From Candidatus Aminicenantes bacterium (GTDB lineage: Bacteria; Acidobacteriota; Aminicenantia; Aminicenantales; UBA4085): a stretch of 59,840 nucleotides of DNA. The DNA lies in the NCBI GenBank assembly GCA_022866045.1, contig JALHTW010000028.1:1-59840 (forward strand). Reading direction: 5' to 3'. Both the position numbers and the translations under genes were made by a program. Position 1 is the stretch's first letter. The number at the start of each line of letters is the position of its first letter. The notes under the pieces were generated by a model that was not told the origin of the DNA, searched no databases, and saw nothing but the letters and a program-made list of their open reading frames with translations. This document shows positions 54,499-59,840 of the stretch, piece after piece.

Positions 54499-55302
54499 TT
54501 ATTGGTCCAAATCACTGGCAACCTCTGCAATGAGGCCCCGGTCAATTTTGTCAAGTTTTTTGGTAAACCCGATGAGCAGACTCATATCGCAGATATTGTT
54601 TATCACCCGTGGAATTCCTTCGGACTTTTCCCATGTCAAACGCATCGCCTTCGGGGTGAAGATTTCTCCTCGGGCTTTAGCGACTTCTAATCTATGAACG
54701 ATATATTTTTCCGTATCTTTCTCATTTAAAGGATTGAGGTGATATTTAATGGCCAATCTCTGTTTGAATTGCTTGAACTGATTGATTTTTTCTCGCAACT
54801 CAGGCTGTCCGATAAGGATGAGAGTCAAAAGAAACCTGTCATTGAGCTGAAAATTCAAAAGGAGCCGCAGCTCTTCGAAGGCCGTAAGGTTCTGAATAGC
54901 TTGGGCTTCGTCGATTATAATAACGGTGTCTTTGTCGTTATTCATATTTTCGTAGAAGCGCTCATTGAGTTTCTTCAGCAATAGGGTTTTGGGCGATCTC
55001 GTCGAAATTTTCATGTTGAGCTGGAAACAAATCTCTCGAAGTAAAGCCATAGGGTTCAAGAGGGGATTGGTGATGAGCGCCGTTTCATACTTGTCAGGAG
55101 TTAATTTTTCGAAAAGCAACCTGCTGATGACTGTTTTCCCGCAACCGTAATCGCCGGTCAAGAGGGCCGCCCCTTTGCGTTCCTCAACAGCGTAAGTTAG
55201 CCTGCTGATGGCTTCCAGATGATCACTCGAAAAATAGATAAAGCGCGGATTGGGAGTGTTTTCGAATGGCTTTTCTTTCAGACCCCAGTATAATTCATAC
55301 AT
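54499..55302 (-). CDS. ExeA/MshM-like AAA ATPase
   Basis: MYELYWGLKEKPFENTPNPRFIYFSSDHLEAISRL..., Walker A GDYGCGKT and Walker B VIIIDEAQ. Confidence 0.75.
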   Translation of the reverse strand: MYELYWGLKEKPFENTPNPRFIYFSSDHLEAISRLTYAVEERKGAALLTGDYGCGKTVISRLLFEKLTPDKYETALITNPLLNPMALLREICFQLNMKISTRSPKTLLLKKLNERFYENMNNDKDTVIIIDEAQAIQNLTAFEELRLLLNFQLNDRFLLTLILIGQPELREKINQFKQFKQRLAIKYHLNPLNEKDTEKYIVHRLEVAKARGEIFTPKAMRLTWEKSEGIPRVINNICDMSLLIGFTKKLDKIDRGLIAEVASDLDQ

Positions 55303-55463
55303 ATTTTAATAAAAAATATATACTTCTACCCAAATCACTTCTAAGTTACTTTAAATGAATGAATTATTAATGTCAAGTAAAAAATCTTGGCTAGCCGGGG
55401 GGTATCCCCAAGGATTTTCATGATGTTGGATGGGTTTCCCGGCTGATATTTGCAATGGACGGC

Positions 55464-55492
55464 TTGACGGATTTTAAGATTTTTAATAGCAT
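55464..55492 (+). promoter_or_regulatory. Possible sigma70-like promoter for the PHP-like gene
   Basis: TTGACG (55464-55469), 17-nt spacer, TAGCAT (55487-55492). A 7-3-7 palindrome ATGAACA-TTC-TGTTCAT (55517-55533) lies just downstream. Confidence 0.3.
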
Positions 55493-55583
55493 TCGGGGAG
55501 AGACGGCCAGCTTGATATGAACATTCTGTTCATGCCGCTCCCGGGCTTGATATCGTCAACTTGACCAGATTTAGGATAAAAAA

Positions 55584-57050
55584 GTGAAGGATGAGAAGAG
55601 GATAATTACCCTTGTTTTGTTAGCCGTCTTTATGGGTGCGGGCCAAAGCCGTTTCAGCCTGGCTGATGAATATACCCAGGTGGCAGGGCTCATGGACCTT
55701 CGAACGCAGTCCAGTGATGGGGCTCATTCGTTAGAATATCTTGTCCGACTGGCCAGAGAAAGAGGTTTTGATGTCCTTTTCATCAATGACCATGACCGGA
55801 TGGTCCTGGAGTACGGAGTTTGGCCCTTGCAGAATATTCTGAGGAAAAAGGTTGAAAAGCCTTCCATCAATAAGGCGGGAGCGGAGAAATACTTGAAAAT
55901 GATTGAATCCGCTTCGAAAAAATTCCCGGACATGATTTTAATCCCCGGGGCAGAGTCAGCCCCTTATTATTACTGGGAGGGGAGCTATTTCAAGAAAAAC
56001 TTGACGGTCTGTGACTGGGAAAGACATTTGATCATTGTCGGCCTTGAAAAGCCGGAAGATTATCGAGGACTGCCGATTCTCCATAACGGCTATTCCACAA
56101 AATACATCCTTCAATCTATTTCTGCGGGCCTTTTTATCTTGCTGGTTCCCCTTGCCCTCGGCTTGACCATGATAAAAAGACCGGGAAAAATTCGGAATTT
56201 TGGCCTGGAGCTTCTTGCCTTTACTTTCCTCCTCGTTGTGAACAGCCATCCTTTCAGGTCCGCGCCTAATGACCAGTATCATGGAAATCAGGGCATTGCT
56301 CCTTATCAACTCGTGATAGACTATGTCAATTCCCGAGGAGGAATGGTTTTCTGGAATCATCCAGAGACTCTCTCCGGCCAGGGAAATATTGGCCCCATCT
56401 CGAAAAAAACGCTTCCATATCCAGAAGTATTGGCCGAATCGAAAAATTATACCGGCTTTGCCGCCTTATACGGCGATACGATCACGGTTACAGAGCCGGG
56501 CAACATATGGGATCAGGTCTTGCTCGAATATTGTTTAGGCCGCAGAGAAAAGCCTGCTTGGGGAATTTCTGCCGCTGATTTCCATGAAGAAGGCGGAGCA
56601 GGGGAGAAATTAGGGAATTTTCCGACCATTTTTTTGGTAAAGAACAAGACAAAAGATTCTATTTTGGATGCCTTAAGAAAGGGAAGGATGTATGCCTTTC
56701 GAGGATTGGGCGGCGCAAGGCTTATTCTTGAGGATTTCTCAGTATCGGATTCAGAGGCTTTGCAGAAAGGAATCATGGGAGAAGAAATCTCTTTGAATGG
56801 CTATCCAACGATTAATATTCGCCTTTCCACCGCGGGCTCAATGGAAAAAAGTCCTGTTACGGTCAGGCTGATTCGGTCAGGCAAGCTATTAAAAACCTTC
56901 TCCGGCGAAACTCCCTTCCAGATGAATTTTATAGATGAATTTTATGAGCCCGGCAAGATGATATACTATCGCCTTGATGCGGAGGACAGGAAAGGTCAAA
57001 AACTTATTTCAAACCCCGTCTTTGTTAAATTTCACCCCCGAAGGGATTAG
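55584..57050 (+). CDS. Membrane-associated PHP-domain-like protein with degenerate metal site
   Basis: GTG 55584 start with signal-like IITLVLLAVFMGAGQS. MDLRTQSSDGAHSLEYLVRLARERGFDVLFINDHD follows the PHP pattern DLHxHxxxSDG...ItDH, but with R and Q at the first two His positions. Two central TM helices. Confidence 0.5.
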   Translation: MKDEKRIITLVLLAVFMGAGQSRFSLADEYTQVAGLMDLRTQSSDGAHSLEYLVRLARERGFDVLFINDHDRMVLEYGVWPLQNILRKKVEKPSINKAGAEKYLKMIESASKKFPDMILIPGAESAPYYYWEGSYFKKNLTVCDWERHLIIVGLEKPEDYRGLPILHNGYSTKYILQSISAGLFILLVPLALGLTMIKRPGKIRNFGLELLAFTFLLVVNSHPFRSAPNDQYHGNQGIAPYQLVIDYVNSRGGMVFWNHPETLSGQGNIGPISKKTLPYPEVLAESKNYTGFAALYGDTITVTEPGNIWDQVLLEYCLGRREKPAWGISAADFHEEGGAGEKLGNFPTIFLVKNKTKDSILDALRKGRMYAFRGLGGARLILEDFSVSDSEALQKGIMGEEISLNGYPTINIRLSTAGSMEKSPVTVRLIRSGKLLKTFSGETPFQMNFIDEFYEPGKMIYYRLDAEDRKGQKLISNPVFVKFHPRRD

Positions 57051-57097
57051 CTTATTGCCCTGAAGCCGGTTCGGCTAATCGGCTATAAAGAAAAGGA

Positions 57098-57292
57098 TTA
57101 CTCTTTACTTTTCGCTCTGAATTCCTTGATCCCTATGGCAATGGCAAATAAAAGAAGCGTCTGGGTAAACCGAAGATAAGCCTGAGCTTCAAGCCCGAAG
57201 GGAAAGGGTTTAAGAAGAATCCGCGATACTATTCCCAAAATTAAGCTGATAACGGCAATAATAAGACACCCGTCGAAAACTTTTTTCATCAT
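57098..57292 (-). CDS. Small two-TM membrane protein, function unknown
   Basis: Strong AAGGAGG 9 nt before ATG 57292 (MMKKVFDG...). The track ORF begins at TTG 57310. Confidence 0.45.
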   Translation of the reverse strand: MMKKVFDGCLIIAVISLILGIVSRILLKPFPFGLEAQAYLRFTQTLLLFAIAIGIKEFRAKSKE

Positions 57293-57622
57293 TTTTCCTT
57301 CCTCCTTCAAGATGTTGATATCTATTTAGAATAATAAGCCGCTCCTGTCAAGCTTTTTTTGGGAAGCTTTTTTGGCCATTTTAAGGCCGTGGGCCTTTGT
57401 CAAAGTAAGGTTAATGGTTAATATATCCACTTCTCTGCAACATGAAAATACTCGGTTTTCTCCTTCCCTCAGATCTTCTCAAAATTGCGGTTCTGATGGA
57501 GCGGAGGGTTATATCTGTGCCAAGGGGACAAGCGGGATGAATTCCCCCTTTTTTCTCCTCACATCGACGATCATTTTTATTTTGGTTTTTCTTTCTGGAA
57601 GCCCGTGACCTCTCAGAACCAA

Positions 57623-58264
57623 TCATTTAGGTTTTGAACGCCAGAATGAAACCGGGACGTAGATGCTTCTGTTGCGGTCATGAACGTCCCAAAAGTCATA
57701 CTTTTCCAGCCATCTGTTTTCGCCGAACACTGACTCATGGCTGGGATTTGCATAGGCAAAACGTAACGCCCGGGGTTTGACGCTCAGGGTTCTCTCAATC
57801 TGTGCAAGCACGACACGTGTTATCGCTTCATCGAATGGATTGAAGAGAAAGAAGGCAGTCCCTTCACTGTAGTCAAATTCTTGTGCCGTACAGTTCACTA
57901 CCGTAACCGGAGACAGGCGATGCCGCAAGCGCGCAGCGTTCGCTGCGGCAATCACACACATCTCCTTTGATTTATCGACTCCGACGACTTCTCGCACATC
58001 ATGCCGCGCAGCGCAACAGATCACCCGTCCTTTGCCGCACCCGATGTCTATGAAGACATCGTCGCGCGTGAGCTCTAAATATTCAAGGATAGGCATAATA
58101 GCTGAGTAGGGCATTGTTGAGTAGTAATAAGCATCTGGAGAGGACAGCATATCCACAATACCGCGGGTTGTTACTCCAAGACGAAACTCCCAGAGCATAT
58201 TGCTGATCTTCCTGCGCAGGCGTTGGACGGTATACGCCCTTTCCTTTCTTTCATTCCGTTTCAT
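57623..58264 (-). CDS. Class I SAM-dependent methyltransferase
   Basis: Motif I FIDIGCGKGRVICCAA. ATGA-type 4-nt overlap with the upstream nucleotidyltransferase gene. Visibly GC-richer than its neighbours. Confidence 0.7.
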   Translation of the reverse strand: MKRNERKERAYTVQRLRRKISNMLWEFRLGVTTRGIVDMLSSPDAYYYSTMPYSAIMPILEYLELTRDDVFIDIGCGKGRVICCAARHDVREVVGVDKSKEMCVIAAANAARLRHRLSPVTVVNCTAQEFDYSEGTAFFLFNPFDEAITRVVLAQIERTLSVKPRALRFAYANPSHESVFGENRWLEKYDFWDVHDRNRSIYVPVSFWRSKPK

Positions 58265-59460
58265 TTAACATTGGGTCTTAATGACATGAGGTAGCTTTTT
58301 ATATAAAAGAATTGTTTTCTCATATAGATAAAGTAGTCTTTCGCGGTTATTTTGGGTTTATTAAGATTAAAAGTCAGGGCAAGAATACAGGCAGGAGGAA
58401 ACAAGGTCCTAAAGATGAATTTCGATTTATTGATGACTCCTTTGATCATACTGAGATATATCAAGTAACATAATTTTGTATTGCGGCTATTATTTAAGAT
58501 GGAATTCAAAAATTGTCGCTCAAAAACGGCCGCTTTTTTTGGCCGCAATCCCGATAATACACAATCGGGTATATCGGTATCTAAAAAATATCTGGTAAAA
58601 TATAAGCTATAGTAAAGTTGTCTGTCCAGGCCGAATTCCCTGGCCTCTTCCATTAATCCGGGCCAATTTATTTGCCCTTCATATTTTTTTAGGACCGCGT
58701 CTATATCCGATAAAAGGATCAACCTTTCAAAGGAATGTTTAAGGGCATGCTCAGCGAGATATAGGAGGAGGTGATGCGGCGCCAATTGGAGAGTTTGGGC
58801 CTTGGCTATCGTTACGCGTGTTGCGTATTCGAAAAATTTATCCATTTTTATATTTTTACTATAAATATATGTCGGTAACGTAACATTGACGATATGCCAG
58901 TGAATATGCAAGGTCGGGAATTTTTCATTTTTTTTAAAATAGTCTATACTATTCATATAGGATTTCTTCATGGCAAGACGACGTAGCTCTTTATGAATAG
59001 GCGACCCGTACCCCATATCCTCTAAAATATTGTCAATTCTTGGCAGGTCTTCCTTTTTGACCAAAAGATCGATGTCCGTCATGGCCCGAAGAGCTATATT
59101 CTCATAGACTTTTTCTGCTAAAAAGATACCTTTTAACGGTATGACGTTTAAAGTCTCCTTATGAAAACAAGACAAAACAGCATTCATCTCTTGATATATT
59201 CCATAATTTCGGGTCATATTTCTATAGTAAATGCCCTTGAAATCCTCCCATATGTTTTCTGGGATCTTTTGTTTATGCTGTAATAAATTATGATAAGCGA
59301 GACAGGCGATGCCCTCCTTCATGCTCTTTTGCAGAAGATAAGGCCAGTTTAGATTATTACCCAATATATCTTTCACTCTAAGACTTATTTTGTCGTTGAT
59401 ATGACTTTGAGCACAATATCTAAGTAATTTATCTTCGAGTGAAAAGTTGGTTTTGACCAT
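58261..59460 (-). CDS. Uncharacterised nucleotidyltransferase family protein (NTP_transf_5 / PF14907-like)
   Basis: LKGIFLAEKVYENIALRAMTDIDLLVKKEDL resembles the family core (R-x-x-x-D-I-D-L-L-V). Start chosen at MVKTNFSLEDKLL (59460). The longest ORF reaches 59568; none of the candidate starts has a clear SD. Confidence 0.65.
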   Translation of the reverse strand: MVKTNFSLEDKLLRYCAQSHINDKISLRVKDILGNNLNWPYLLQKSMKEGIACLAYHNLLQHKQKIPENIWEDFKGIYYRNMTRNYGIYQEMNAVLSCFHKETLNVIPLKGIFLAEKVYENIALRAMTDIDLLVKKEDLPRIDNILEDMGYGSPIHKELRRLAMKKSYMNSIDYFKKNEKFPTLHIHWHIVNVTLPTYIYSKNIKMDKFFEYATRVTIAKAQTLQLAPHHLLLYLAEHALKHSFERLILLSDIDAVLKKYEGQINWPGLMEEAREFGLDRQLYYSLYFTRYFLDTDIPDCVLSGLRPKKAAVFERQFLNSILNNSRNTKLCYLIYLSMIKGVINKSKFIFRTLFPPACILALTFNLNKPKITAKDYFIYMRKQFFYIKSYLMSLRPNVK

Positions 59461-59588
59461 AGTCCCCGGCCCCTTCATTATACCATGGGAGGGCTTAGAG
59501 AAGAGCGGTTTTCGCAGAGGATTCATTGACCATTGTCCATAAAAGCCGTATGATAATGACGATGGCATTTTGAAGGAAGAAGAAACAG

Positions 59589-59840
59589 ATGAGGGATGGG
59601 AAAATCTTCAAGAAGAACTCAAAAATCGTCGTGCGCAAAATTGAAGATGAGACGATATTGATGCCGCTTTACAGTACGTCTGAAGAGATCGATTGTATCT
59701 ATACCCTGAATGATGCGGCGGCGAGAATCTGGGAACTTGTTGACGGTAAAAGGACCTTGGGAAAAATCAAAAAGATATTTTTGGACGAGTTCGACGTTAC
59801 CGAGGAAGAATTGGCTGATTTTCTTAAGGACCTGGAGGAA
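59589..59840 (+). CDS. PqqD-family (RiPP-recognition-element-like) protein, 3' end outside the window
   Basis: ATG 59589, frame open to the window end (84 codons; not in the ORF track because there is no stop). VVRKIEDETILMPL...IYTLNDAAARIWELVDGKRTLGKIKKIFLDEFDVTEEELADFLKDL follows the PqqD pattern. Confidence 0.65.
   Translation, partial: MRDGKIFKKNSKIVVRKIEDETILMPLYSTSEEIDCIYTLNDAAARIWELVDGKRTLGKIKKIFLDEFDVTEEELADFLKDLEE

Noticed and set aside
57311-57622. Two overlapping ORFs (57372-57608 plus strand, 57411-57626 minus strand) in a 312-nt gap
   Set aside because: They are mutually exclusive, lack an SD, and have odd composition (R/K/S-rich or a Cys-poor hydrophobic tail). The gap also holds AAGCTTTTTT direct repeats and may be regulatory or terminator DNA.
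1-59840. tRNA, rRNA, tmRNA, transposase, integrase and phage genes
   Set aside because: No T-loop or acceptor-type tRNA pattern, rRNA-like conserved block or DDE/tyrosine-recombinase motif was noticed on either strand. This was scanned by eye only, so tRNAscan-SE, Infernal and ISEScan should confirm.

Overview
This is 59.8 kb of bacterial, diderm-type chromosome with two sharply different halves. All protein calls come from motif recognition by eye, not from database searches.

Bases 1-28.66k are GC-rich and densely coding. They encode:
- the tail of a GlcD-like FAD oxidase and an ACT protein
- a tandem pair of exported M42 peptidase homologues, one apparently inactive
- two M14 carboxypeptidases, a beta-lactamase-fold serine hydrolase and a GH95-like glycosidase
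- a flavodoxin, a YfgM-like TPR protein, a YfhL-type ferredoxin and a site-2 protease
- hypF, queH, fabH and a TlpA-like thioredoxin
- the four-subunit pyruvate:ferredoxin oxidoreductase operon porGDAB
- an endonuclease-IV-like TIM barrel and thiC

From about 28.9k to the window end the DNA is AT-rich and encodes a roughly 31 kb surface-glycan assembly island:
- a Wza-like exporter, a Wzc/GumC-like chain-length/tyrosine-kinase protein, a Wzy-like polymerase and a Wzx flippase
- seven glycosyltransferase domains and three to four SAM methyltransferases
- a radical SAM/SPASM enzyme, an asparagine-synthase::GT4 fusion and a CapK-like adenylating enzyme
- a convergent operon: ExeA-like ATPase, HD-GYP, WbqC, PIG-L deacetylase, DegT aminotransferase, WecA-like initiating transferase
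- a degenerate PHP-domain membrane protein
- at the right edge, a PF14907-like nucleotidyltransferase plus methyltransferase, divergent from a truncated PqqD-like gene

No rRNA, tRNA, CRISPR array, transposase or integrase was recognised. The non-coding DNA of the GC-rich half carries five structured inverted-repeat elements: two sequence families plus one MITE-like element with a 9-bp flanking duplication. These are the least explained feature of the window.
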